A stretch of 64,000 bases of DNA from Candidatus Thalassarchaeum betae (GTDB taxonomy: Archaea > Thermoplasmatota > Poseidoniia > Poseidoniales > Thalassarchaeaceae): contig PSPG01000005.1 in the NCBI GenBank assembly GCA_003193925.1, positions 17,840 through 81,839 on the forward strand. The letters are read 5' to 3'. The notes under the pieces were generated by a model, which was not told the origin of the DNA, did not search any database, and was given only the letters and a program-made list of their open reading frames with translations. A program made the position numbers and the translations under genes. The stretch's first letter is position 1; every line of letters starts with the position of its first letter. This document shows, piece after piece, positions 43,881 to 52,617 of the stretch.

Positions 43881-43927
43881 GCACGCGCGCGCAGCAGACG
43901 GGCGTATGCGTGCGCGCTGCTCCAAAT

Positions 43928-45130
43928 ATGTCTAATAACGATGTGAGCACGAGTCGCATGATGGCCGACTACCTCGACAGAATCGGAGCGGGCAAGGTCC
44001 TGCTGGACAGAGCGCCGTTCTCGTTCGACTGGACCCCGCCCGCTTTGGTCGGCCGCGATACCGAGCTGCGCGAGTTGGCCTCGATGTTCACCGGGATGGA
44101 GAGTCACGGGGTCAGCAGCAGGGCCGTGATCACCGGCCCAGTGGGCTCCGGGAAGACCGTGATGACGCGACGCTTCGGAGAGGACTTGCAGCGCATGCTC
44201 GACGGGCGCAGGAAGATCATCCTAGCGCACGTCAACTGCCGCAACCACCCGAGCACCTCGCAGGTCCTGCAGCAGATCGTGCTCTCCCTCGACTCCGGTC
44301 ACCCCGAGCGCGGCTTCAGCTCCGGCGAGATCATCCAGTCCATCCGCCGCAACCTGAATGCGCACGACAGTCACCTGCTGCTGGTCCTCGACGAGGTCGA
44401 TGCCCTGATCCGAAGGGAGAAATCCGACCTCATCTACAAACTGCTGAGGATCGACGAGGGGCGGGACCAACAGGGCTCCCTCTCGCTGATGCTGGTAAGC
44501 CAGGACGTCTCTATGCTGAAGTTGTTCGAGGCCGCCATCATCTCGCGCCTCGGGGAGAGCAACATCCTGAATCTGCAGCCCTACGACGCGCCTGCGCTGA
44601 TGGGCATCGCCAGACAGCGCTACGAGGAGGCCTGCAAGCCTGGCTCAGTGGGCGATGACACTCTGGCCAAGATCGGCAGGTTCGCCGCTGACACCGGAGA
44701 CGCGCGCCTCGCGATCGAGCTGCTGGAGGCGGCGATTCGCCGTGCTGAGAAGGCGGGTAGGGGTGATGTCCTGGTCGAGGACGTGCGGCCCAGCACCCTG
44801 CGGGCGGCCTCGGTCGAGCCGAGTCAGGTCGACAACCTGAGCAAGCACCAGAAGCTGGTCCTGCTCGGAATCTGCAGGCGCCTGAAGAAGGCCGACGAGA
44901 TCTCCAGCGGCGACGCCCGGAAGCTGTACAACCTGGTTTGCGAGGAGTTCGAGGCTAGGCCTCGGAGCTACACCACGTTCTGGAAGCACCTCAAGGCGCT
45001 CGAGACCCAAGGGCTGATCGAGACGAGGACGGCGAACGCATCGGTGGGGAGGGGCAGGACCCAGCACATCACGATGACCAACACCGCACCCGCTGTCCTA
45101 GAGAGTCGGATTGAGAAGGAATTCCAATGA
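43928..45130 (+). CDS. cdc6: Orc1/Cdc6 replication initiator
   Basis: LVGRDTE, Walker A GPVGSGKT, VNCR, Walker B LVLDEVD, PYDAPAL, GDARLAIELL and a C-terminal winged helix. Start set at ATG 43928. Confidence 0.93.
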   Translation: MSNNDVSTSRMMADYLDRIGAGKVLLDRAPFSFDWTPPALVGRDTELRELASMFTGMESHGVSSRAVITGPVGSGKTVMTRRFGEDLQRMLDGRRKIILAHVNCRNHPSTSQVLQQIVLSLDSGHPERGFSSGEIIQSIRRNLNAHDSHLLLVLDEVDALIRREKSDLIYKLLRIDEGRDQQGSLSLMLVSQDVSMLKLFEAAIISRLGESNILNLQPYDAPALMGIARQRYEEACKPGSVGDDTLAKIGRFAADTGDARLAIELLEAAIRRAEKAGRGDVLVEDVRPSTLRAASVEPSQVDNLSKHQKLVLLGICRRLKKADEISSGDARKLYNLVCEEFEARPRSYTTFWKHLKALETQGLIETRTANASVGRGRTQHITMTNTAPAVLESRIEKEFQ

Positions 45131-45197
45131 TGCGAAAAGCGCCGTAGGCGCTTCCGAACCGCTCTTATAGGGGCCTTTTGTCGGGAGGCCGTCCGAG

Positions 45198-45704
45198 GTG
45201 ACCGAAATGGCAGCAGAGCAGGCCTTCAAGGCAGTGATCAACGACACTTCGCCATCGTCTGGCGGACGCGCCTTCGGCATCGACATCACCGGCTCGAACT
45301 ACAATCACTTCCTCGGCAAGAGGATCGGCGACACCGTCGACGGCATGTTCGTCGGCGAGGGGGACAAGTCACTCTCCGGCTACAAGCTGGAGATCACCGG
45401 CGGCTCTGACCTCACGGGCCGGCCCATGCGCCCCGAGCTCGCTGGCAGCGGCGTCAAGTCTGTGCTCATCACCGCTGGCATCGGATACAAGGGCAAGCGC
45501 TACGTCAAGAAGAGAGGCAAGATCTACCGGTACAAGTACGACGGTCTTCGCAGGCGACGAAACCTTCGCGGCAACGTGATCAGCCAAGACACCCGCCAGA
45601 TCAACCTGAAAATCACCGAGGCGGGCAATCGCTCCCTCGACGCCATCTTCGGCCTCGTCGAGGAGGCCCCCCCTGTCGAGGAGCCCTCTGGAGAAGAGGA
45701 GTGA
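45198..45704 (+). CDS. rps6e: 30S ribosomal protein eS6 (S6e)
   Basis: FLGKRIGD, YKLEITGGSD..GRPMR, GLRRRRNLRGNVI, QINLK. Confidence 0.93.
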   Translation: MTEMAAEQAFKAVINDTSPSSGGRAFGIDITGSNYNHFLGKRIGDTVDGMFVGEGDKSLSGYKLEITGGSDLTGRPMRPELAGSGVKSVLITAGIGYKGKRYVKKRGKIYRYKYDGLRRRRNLRGNVISQDTRQINLKITEAGNRSLDAIFGLVEEAPPVEEPSGEEE

Positions 45705-45724
45705 ATCGGCGGGAGGGATGAGGA

Positions 45725-46966
45725 CTGGCACAGAGTCTCCCCCGACAGCCCGAAGTCAACATAGGCATGGTCGGTCACGTCGACCACGGCAAGACTACCC
45801 TGACCCAGGCCCTCTCAGGAGTCTGGACAGACACTCACTCCGAGGAGAGAAAACGCGGCATAAGCATCAAGCTGGGATATGCGGACACGGCGTTCTACAA
45901 AACCGCTGACGGCAGGTTCTACGCCAAGGGCAAACACCCCGACGGCAAGGACGACGACGAAGGCGAACTGCTCCGCGTGGTGTCCTTCGTCGACGCCCCG
46001 GGCCACGAGACTCTGATGGCAGTGATGATCTCCGGCGCCTCGATAATGGACGGTGCTATGCTGCTCATCGCGGCCACCGAGAAGTGCCCCCAGTCCCAGA
46101 CCCGCGAGCATCTGGCAGCGTTGCAGATCGCCGGCATCGAGAACATCGTAGTGGTGCAGAACAAAATCGACATCGTGACCCGTGAGAGAGCCGTCGAGTC
46201 ACACGGTGAAATCAAGGGATTCCTCGAGGGAACGATAGCCGAAGGCGCTCCGATTATCCCAGTCTCAGCCCACCACGACGTCAACCTCGACATCCTGATC
46301 CAAGCCATCGAGGACAGCATCCCGACGCCAGACCGCTCCTTGGACGAGGGTGGGCTGATGTACGTCGCGCGCTCGTTCGACACCAACCGCCCTGGCTCTA
46401 GGCCCGACAAGCTGCAGGGCGGAATCATCGGGGGCAGCATAGTCGCGGGCTCGTTCAGCGTCGGTGACTCGATCCTGATTGCACCCGGGCGCAGGGTGCA
46501 AGGAGGCGGCAAGACCGATTGGGAGCCGATTCGCACTACCATCGAGAGTGTCAGAGGGGGTGGACTCGCCCTCGAATCGGTCCACGCGGGAGGGCTTTGC
46601 GGCATCGCTACTCCGATGGACCCGGTCTCGACCAAGGCCGACGAGCTATCCGGCCAAGTGATGGCGCGCGAGGGCGAACTTCCTCCCGTCTGGGAGAAGT
46701 TGGACTTGGACCTGGAACTTCTGGAGAACATGGTCTCAGGGGGCGAGGGCGAGCCGGAGAAGGTCCGCCCGCTTCAGCCCAACGAGATGCTGATGGTCAA
46801 CTCGGCCACGGCAACCAGCGTCGGAACCGTATCATCGATCAAGGGCAGCAAGGCGACTCTGCAACTGCGTCTGCCGATATGCGCCAAGCCCGGCAGCAGA
46901 ATCACCCTCTCACGACGTGTGGGCTCTCGCTGGAGACTTATCGGGCACGGCTCGATAGGGGGGTGA
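45725..46966 (+). CDS. eif2g: Translation initiation factor aIF2 gamma subunit (probable CTG start at 45725)
   Basis: QPEVNIGMVGHVDHGKT, ERKRGISIKLGY, DAPGHE, NKID. The conserved N-terminus extends upstream of the track ATG (45767) to an in-frame TGA at 45719. Confidence 0.95.
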   Translation: MAQSLPRQPEVNIGMVGHVDHGKTTLTQALSGVWTDTHSEERKRGISIKLGYADTAFYKTADGRFYAKGKHPDGKDDDEGELLRVVSFVDAPGHETLMAVMISGASIMDGAMLLIAATEKCPQSQTREHLAALQIAGIENIVVVQNKIDIVTRERAVESHGEIKGFLEGTIAEGAPIIPVSAHHDVNLDILIQAIEDSIPTPDRSLDEGGLMYVARSFDTNRPGSRPDKLQGGIIGGSIVAGSFSVGDSILIAPGRRVQGGGKTDWEPIRTTIESVRGGGLALESVHAGGLCGIATPMDPVSTKADELSGQVMAREGELPPVWEKLDLDLELLENMVSGGEGEPEKVRPLQPNEMLMVNSATATSVGTVSSIKGSKATLQLRLPICAKPGSRITLSRRVGSRWRLIGHGSIGG

Positions 46967-46970
46967 TTCG

Positions 46971-47339
46971 ATGGTTCGCGTCCTAGTCGACGCGTGCGGA
47001 TGGGCCGCGATGACGGATGCAGGATTGAATCTGGACGAGGGGATGAAGGACGTCGTCGGCGAGGCAGACCTCGTTGTCCTCGATAGCGTGCAGAGTGAGC
47101 TTGAGCTGCTGGTGCAGCAAAGGAGGAATCTCCTGCTCGAGCTCCTCGCAAGGCGCTCCGAGAGGATTCCAGACATCGAAGGAATGAGCCATCCGGACGA
47201 GATGCTGGTCCACTTGTCGAGTGCCAACGGCTGGCCGGTGCTGACGGTCGACCGTCGATTGAAAGAGAAGCTGGTGAACTCCGGGGGCTCGTACATCGAG
47301 GTCACCTCGGGTCGGGCCCTGCGGCTGGTCGGCCTTTAG
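46971..47339 (+). CDS. PIN-domain protein (Fcf1-like), typical eif2g neighbour
   Basis: VLVDAC...V..EL, PDEMLV, VLTVDRRL. Confidence 0.8.
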   Translation: MVRVLVDACGWAAMTDAGLNLDEGMKDVVGEADLVVLDSVQSELELLVQQRRNLLLELLARRSERIPDIEGMSHPDEMLVHLSSANGWPVLTVDRRLKEKLVNSGGSYIEVTSGRALRLVGL

Positions 47340-47629
47340 GGCAGAGTGAACAGCCGGTCGTCCCCATGACCGTCCAGAAGGCCGATTCTTACCGCGGCGT
47401 CGAGCCAAGCGTGGGAGTAGTTGATCGCGCCGAAGGCGCTGACCAAGTCCCCTGACTCCATGAAGTGGCGAGCGTCCGCTGCGTAGTCATCGCACATCCT
47501 CATCATCGAAGTCAGTCGCTGCTCGTCTTCAGCACCCTGTGCGCATGGAGTGGCTTTGGCTCTAGCCTCGGCGGTGAGAGCAAGGTGCTCTTCGATCTTC
47601 TCCCGCGTCACAGTGGCACTGTCGGACAT
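47336..47629 (-). CDS. DUF357-family protein
   Basis: YAADARHF...GDLVSAFGAINYSHAWLDAAVRIG. Confidence 0.85.
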   Translation of the reverse strand: MSDSATVTREKIEEHLALTAEARAKATPCAQGAEDEQRLTSMMRMCDDYAADARHFMESGDLVSAFGAINYSHAWLDAAVRIGLLDGHGDDRLFTLP

Positions 47630-47637
47630 TGGAGCAC

Positions 47638-49413
47638 CTAGGTCAATTCGAGTTCCAAGGATGCCGCATGACTGAGCTTGAACAGCCTCGTCCTGCCCTG
47701 CTTGCGCACCGAGAGCAAACCCGCCCTTCGCAAGCCGTTGTATATCTGCGACAATCGGGGGCGACCCACCTCGAGGAGCGCCTGCAACTCGGGGTCAGAT
47801 GGCGAAACCTCACGCTTTCCTGCGGCTGCTAGGACCGTGTGTTCCGAATCCGAGAGGCTGGCCGCGCGAGTGCGGTCCAGCGGCTCGTCATCGTCCCACC
47901 TGGGTCCCATGATGATCGGTATCTTGGGTGGCACCGGGTCTGGCTCGGGCTCGACGAAGACCTCCTCGGGCTGGTCGTTCACCAGAGGCGGGGCCTGCTC
48001 GATGTCGAACACCGGCGCAGGAGGCGCCTGCGGCTCCGCATCCAAGTCGGGTAGCGATGAGCCTAGGCTGGGGTCCACCGTCCAAAGAGCGCCCTCGGCT
48101 GCCATCACAGGCTGCTCTTCGCTCGGGGCGACGGAGGTGTCTGGCTTGGCCTCGGTGACGAACGCAGGCTGTGGTTTCGGCTGCGAGGGAGCCTTGACGG
48201 GGATCGGAGTCAGTTGAGGGCGCCTCTCGGCATAGGTGATCGGAGTCTCGTCGAGGCCCTCTGGCATCGAATCGCTGACCCTGACTGACCTGTTGCGCAA
48301 GCCGCTGAATCCGCTGACACTCTGCGGCTGCTCGGGCGGCTCAGTGCCCTCTTCCATGAGCACGAACGAGTCTAGGGTCTCCTGTTCGCCATGAGTGGTG
48401 ACGGTTTCTGCGGGAGCGGTCTCCTCGGCCTCGTCCTCCGAGTCCTCGTCCCAGACGTCTTCAGGGTCGGGGAACTCCTCGGTCTCCTCGTCCCACATGT
48501 CATCCGGCTCGACATCCCAGTCATCCTCCTCGGGTTCCGGCTCCGGCTCAGGCTCTGGGGTGTCGCCCTCTACCAGAAGCTCCTCCTCGGGTTCCTCCTC
48601 CACCGTGACGAGTGGTTTCTGCCACCCCACCAGTCGCTCCAGCGTACCCTGAGAGCCTGCGTCACGCCTCTCGTCGACGAGGTCACGGAGCAGGCGGACC
48701 ACTTCACGGGGGTTGCCCCCTGTATTGCTGTGGATGGCCCTGAGCAGATCCGGCTTGATGTTCCACCTCTCCCTTGCCTTCCTGCGCACCAGATTATCGC
48801 TCATTTTCTGTATCTGAGGCGCAGAAAGGCCCTCAAGACGCTCAGGGGGGTCGAAGATCTCGAGCACCTCCTCGTCTAGGGAAGTCAGTTGCGCGGGCGT
48901 GAGGGAGACCACCACCAGCGCCCTCAGACGCTGCAGAAGCGGTGCCATTCGGGTGAGGAAGTCGTTGATCTGGACGCTGGAGGGGTAGTCCAAGGCAATC
49001 AGCGGCAGGGGACCCGTGCCCTGCTCTAGAGTCTCGATCAACTGCTCGCAGAGCTGTCCGATGGAAGGAGGCACGTCGTATCCGACGAAGTTGATGGCAA
49101 TCTCGTGCATGACGGAGTTCACCGGATCCTCTTCGGGCCAGTACTGGCCGACGAACTTCTTGTTCACCTGAGACGACAGGGCGTTGATCAGCGAAGTACG
49201 GCCACTGCCTCTCTCCCCGACCAAGAGTATCAACCGGGGAGATTCAGAGATGACATGCTCGCGCAATCTGGTAAGAAGGGAATCTCGCCCCACTATGTCC
49301 TGAGCCCGCGTGGACTCAATAGGTCGGAGTTCGAAGGGGTTGCCCCTCAGAGGAGGTAGGTCGAGCAGAGAAACTGCTGCTCCATCCATTGCTCGAGCAG
49401 CGATTTTTCTCAT
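47638..49413 (-). CDS. Degenerate AAA+ (AAA_16/ExeA/Cdc6-like) domain, acidic Pro-rich linker and C-terminal winged helix
   Basis: NPF...IVGRD, Walker A-like GERGSGRTS, Walker B-like IALDYP, TGGNPREVVRLL; C-terminal LSDSEHTVL...VGRPRLSQIYNGLRRAGLLSVRKQGRTRLF. Confidence 0.75.
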   Translation of the reverse strand: MRKIAARAMDGAAVSLLDLPPLRGNPFELRPIESTRAQDIVGRDSLLTRLREHVISESPRLILLVGERGSGRTSLINALSSQVNKKFVGQYWPEEDPVNSVMHEIAINFVGYDVPPSIGQLCEQLIETLEQGTGPLPLIALDYPSSVQINDFLTRMAPLLQRLRALVVVSLTPAQLTSLDEEVLEIFDPPERLEGLSAPQIQKMSDNLVRRKARERWNIKPDLLRAIHSNTGGNPREVVRLLRDLVDERRDAGSQGTLERLVGWQKPLVTVEEEPEEELLVEGDTPEPEPEPEPEEDDWDVEPDDMWDEETEEFPDPEDVWDEDSEDEAEETAPAETVTTHGEQETLDSFVLMEEGTEPPEQPQSVSGFSGLRNRSVRVSDSMPEGLDETPITYAERRPQLTPIPVKAPSQPKPQPAFVTEAKPDTSVAPSEEQPVMAAEGALWTVDPSLGSSLPDLDAEPQAPPAPVFDIEQAPPLVNDQPEEVFVEPEPDPVPPKIPIIMGPRWDDDEPLDRTRAASLSDSEHTVLAAAGKREVSPSDPELQALLEVGRPRLSQIYNGLRRAGLLSVRKQGRTRLFKLSHAASLELELT

Positions 49414-49421
49414 TCTTAATA

Positions 49422-49592
49422 TTCACGCATTTTCACGCTTCCCAGAGGGCGATTTAACGCATTAAAGCGATTTTCCGAGAGGTCTTGGTGATGCTACTGC
49501 CTCCAGTACATCGATTGAAAACAAGTCCGTTAACGCTTTTCTAACGCTTTTTCGATGCGTTAACGATGCGTTAATGGCCAAATTAACGCTTT
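49422..49592. repeat. AT-rich cluster of about 8 TTAACGC/TTCACGC-like motifs in both orientations
   Basis: Forward copies at 49422, 49432, 49454, 49530, 49541 and 49583. Reverse copies (GATGCGTTAA) at 49554 and 49565. Hand count for 49381-49620 is about 45% GC. Confidence 0.8.
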
Positions 49593-49694
49593 TTTCGGAG
49601 TCGTCTCGCGACCTTCCAAGGGCCCTCATGAGGTGTTTAGGCATCATATCACAAAATGTTAGAAGCCGGGCTCACCGAGCCTCAACCGACACGC

Positions 49695-50990
49695 ATGCCA
49701 GTAGACAGCAGCCGCTTGGAGGGATTCTACAGGCTCTCGGTTTCTGAACGCCGGGAGAAGTTGGCGGAGATAGCCGGCCTCAGCCCGGAGCAGGTGGAAG
49801 CCTGGTCATCCACAGGAGAACTGTCCGAGGACGCTGCAGACAGGATGATCGAGAATGTCATCGGAACCTACTCCCTGCCGATTGGGGTTGCGACGAACTT
49901 CATCATCGACAATGAGCACTACCTGATCCCATTTGTTCTCGAGGAGCCGAGCGTCGTGGCAGCCGCCAGCAACATGGCGAAGCGCTGCCACGCCAAAGGA
50001 GGATTCACATCGAACAACGACGAGCCGGTGATGATCGGGCAGATCCAGGTCGTCGGATGCGAGAATCCAGAGGATGCGAGGGACTCAATCATGGCCGCGA
50101 AGGCCGATTTAGTCGATTCTTGCAACGAAGTTGACCCGATCCTGGTCAAATTCGGGGGCGGATGCAGGGATGTCCAAGCCAGAATCATAGAAACCGAGTC
50201 CGGACCCATGGTAATAGTGCACATTCTGGTGGATTGCAGGGACGCTATGGGTGCGAATGCCGTCAACACGATGGCCGAGACGATAGCTCCGAAAGTGGAG
50301 GAAATCACCGGTGGGACGGTCATACTGCGAATAATCAGCAACCTCGCTGTTCACAGGTTAGCGCGGGTGAGCGCGGTCTTCACACCAGCTGAGCTGGCGG
50401 ACAAGGGCGACGCTAGTCAGGGCTCCGAAGTCATAGAAGGGGTACTGCAAGCCTATCACTTCGCCAAGGCTGATCCGTTCCGCGCCACGACCCATAACAA
50501 GGGCATAATGAACGCGATATCACCCATAGCCATCGCATGCGGGCAGGACTGGAGGGCTGTCGAGTCCGGTGCCCACAGCTTCGCATCGCACGAGAGGACG
50601 TACGGCTCACTGACCCACTGGGAGAAGGACCCCGATGGCAATCTGGTCGGCTCGATAGAGCTGCCCATGGCAGTGGGGCTGGTCGGCGGTGCCGTTCGGG
50701 TCCACCCAGCCGCACAGGCCAACGTAGCCCTGCTGGGCATCTCATCGGCCAACGACCTAGCGAAGGTCATGGCCGCAGCTGGACTGGCTCAGAACCTCGG
50801 TGCCCTGCGTGCCCTCGCTACCGTGGGCATCCAGGTCGGCCACATGAAGCTCCACGTGCGCAACATGGCCGTCACGGCCGGGGCCGAGGGCGGAGAGGTC
50901 GACATCGTGGCAGCCCGGATACGGGCGCACGGTGGCAGGATAACGCAGAAGGCGGTCGAAGAGGAGCTCGCGAAACTCAGGTCGGAGTAA
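49695..50990 (+). CDS. hmgA: Class II HMG-CoA reductase
   Basis: IENVIG, EEPSVVAAAS, DAMGANAVN, THNKGIMN, GHMKLH. Start at ATG 49695 or 49656. Confidence 0.95.
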   Translation: MPVDSSRLEGFYRLSVSERREKLAEIAGLSPEQVEAWSSTGELSEDAADRMIENVIGTYSLPIGVATNFIIDNEHYLIPFVLEEPSVVAAASNMAKRCHAKGGFTSNNDEPVMIGQIQVVGCENPEDARDSIMAAKADLVDSCNEVDPILVKFGGGCRDVQARIIETESGPMVIVHILVDCRDAMGANAVNTMAETIAPKVEEITGGTVILRIISNLAVHRLARVSAVFTPAELADKGDASQGSEVIEGVLQAYHFAKADPFRATTHNKGIMNAISPIAIACGQDWRAVESGAHSFASHERTYGSLTHWEKDPDGNLVGSIELPMAVGLVGGAVRVHPAAQANVALLGISSANDLAKVMAAAGLAQNLGALRALATVGIQVGHMKLHVRNMAVTAGAEGGEVDIVAARIRAHGGRITQKAVEEELAKLRSE

Positions 50991-51614
50991 TCACTCCTCG
51001 ACTTCGAGGGGTTCGCTCTCCACTTCTTCCTCCTCGGAGAATTCGCTGATGGTCAACTGCTCGTCGGGCGCCAGAGAAGCGGCCAATTGAGCGCTTGTCA
51101 GACCCATCTTGGCGGCCTCCTTCCTGAACCAGGTACGGACCTTGCGATACTCGACTTCGGGGCAACCGAAGTACTCAGCGAAGCGGCGAGTGGTGGTCAG
51201 CCGGCGAGTCAGTCCGTCTCGCCGGCGGCCGATCAGCCCGGTGTTGGCCAAGTCGCGGACGTGGTCGTACGCCCTCTGTCCGAGCATGTCGACCAGCTGG
51301 GACTGCGCCATGGGCTGGTGGTAGGCTATCAGGGCGGCTGCTGGCAGCAGTCGCTGGGGGATGTCAGCCCGGAACGACTCGGGCAGGTGAGGGGAGAGGC
51401 TGGGCCGGACCTCGAAGATCCAGCGTCCGGCGACCTCCGTCAGCTGAAGGGCGGAGTCGCGGCGCCGACGAATCGTCACTTGCAGGTCCTTCAGGGCGGA
51501 TTGGACTTCTGCCTGTGGCCTCTCCAGCAACTCAGCCAGCTCTGCGACCGACATCGAGCGCCCGGCACCGAACAGTATGGCTTCGAGGACGGTGGAGAGG
51601 GATGTCTCAGACAC
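50991..51614 (-). CDS. scpB: SMC complex kite subunit ScpB
   Basis: LEAILFG, AALIAYHQP, RAYDHVRDL, TTRRFAEYFG. Confidence 0.92.
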   Translation of the reverse strand: MSETSLSTVLEAILFGAGRSMSVAELAELLERPQAEVQSALKDLQVTIRRRRDSALQLTEVAGRWIFEVRPSLSPHLPESFRADIPQRLLPAAALIAYHQPMAQSQLVDMLGQRAYDHVRDLANTGLIGRRRDGLTRRLTTTRRFAEYFGCPEVEYRKVRTWFRKEAAKMGLTSAQLAASLAPDEQLTISEFSEEEEVESEPLEVEE

Positions 51615-52617
51615 CGGTGAATCCCTCCATAACCGTCGTCTTGGGGTTGAGTCTATCTGTCAGAGCGACGAAGTCGTCCTCATCCTCCCAGAGGTCCTTC
51701 AGCATGATTCTTCCATTGCGGCCCTTCTCCTGAGTGAGGTCTGCGTAGCCGCGGTTCGTCAGGAACAGCGCCGAGACCAGAGCGGTCACTTGAGCCTCCG
51801 CCTCCGCCTCGTCATGCTTGACCCCGGCGTCGATCGAGTTAGCCATCATCTCCTCTACAAGCGTACTCAGGTCCACAGGCTTGCCCCCTCCCTCTGAACG
51901 GGCCCTCAGGGCCTCCCAAGTCCTGCGTAGGTCTCCCTCGAGATCCTCGGCGTGGAGGCTGCCGCTGAATCTCGTCCTCGCACGAGCGAGGGCCTCGCGG
52001 CGCTCCTTGGCGATCTGCTCGCGCAGGCGCTGCTCCTCTGCCAGCCTGCCTGCGGCTTGGAGGCCCATGAGGAGCTCTCCTAAGGTCACAGGGCGGCTCT
52101 CGTCGCGGTGGATCCTGCCCTCGAACATCTGAGGCAGGACCTCATCAGCAGCCCCGGTGAGGACTCCCACGGAGAAGTTGTAGTCGGCGTCGTCGAAGTC
52201 GGTCTCCCAGCCGCCGTCGAAGTCCCAGACCTCCTCCTCTTCGTAACCGAAGGCTCGCTCCTGGCGCTCCATCAGTGTGAATGCCTGTCCGCGTAGTATG
52301 GACCATGCCATCCTGATGAGCCTGCCACAGGTCGGCAGGTCGATGTTCTCTGACTCCTTGATCCTCTCGTTGAACATCTCGAGGAAGCTCGAGAGGTCGA
52401 CGTCCCATGGGTCGAGGTCGCTCGATTGGAAGAGTTGGAAGACCAGTGCCACCGAGCGGTCGAAGGGGTCGATGAGGAACTGGTGCTCGGCCTCCTCGAG
52501 AGTCGCGAGTTCCACGAGCCTGTCCAGGTAGCGGCTCGTCTCGAGGTCGGCCTCTCCGCCGAGCATCCTCACCACTATGTCGTCGCGCAAGGCCCGCCCG
52601 TCGAACACAGCCATCAC
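51607..52617 (-). CDS. scpA: Kleisin ScpA
   Basis: LDPWDVDL, GRLIRMAWSILR, RPVTLGELL, VSALFL. Lies between smc and scpB. Confidence 0.88.
   Translation of the reverse strand: MMAVFDGRALRDDIVVRMLGGEADLETSRYLDRLVELATLEEAEHQFLIDPFDRSVALVFQLFQSSDLDPWDVDLSSFLEMFNERIKESENIDLPTCGRLIRMAWSILRGQAFTLMERQERAFGYEEEEVWDFDGGWETDFDDADYNFSVGVLTGAADEVLPQMFEGRIHRDESRPVTLGELLMGLQAAGRLAEEQRLREQIAKERREALARARTRFSGSLHAEDLEGDLRRTWEALRARSEGGGKPVDLSTLVEEMMANSIDAGVKHDEAEAEAQVTALVSALFLTNRGYADLTQEKGRNGRIMLKDLWEDEDDFVALTDRLNPKTTVMEGFTGV

Noticed and set aside
43881-45197. Canonical archaeal ORB elements flanking cdc6
   Set aside because: The spacers on either side are short (about 50-70 nt), GC-rich, and show no ORB-like repeats by eye.
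49462-49647. 61-aa ORF over the motif array
   Set aside because: It has no recognisable motif, atypically low GC and no clear SD. The repeats occur in both orientations with 10-11 nt spacing, which does not fit codon periodicity. It is kept only as an alternative explanation.
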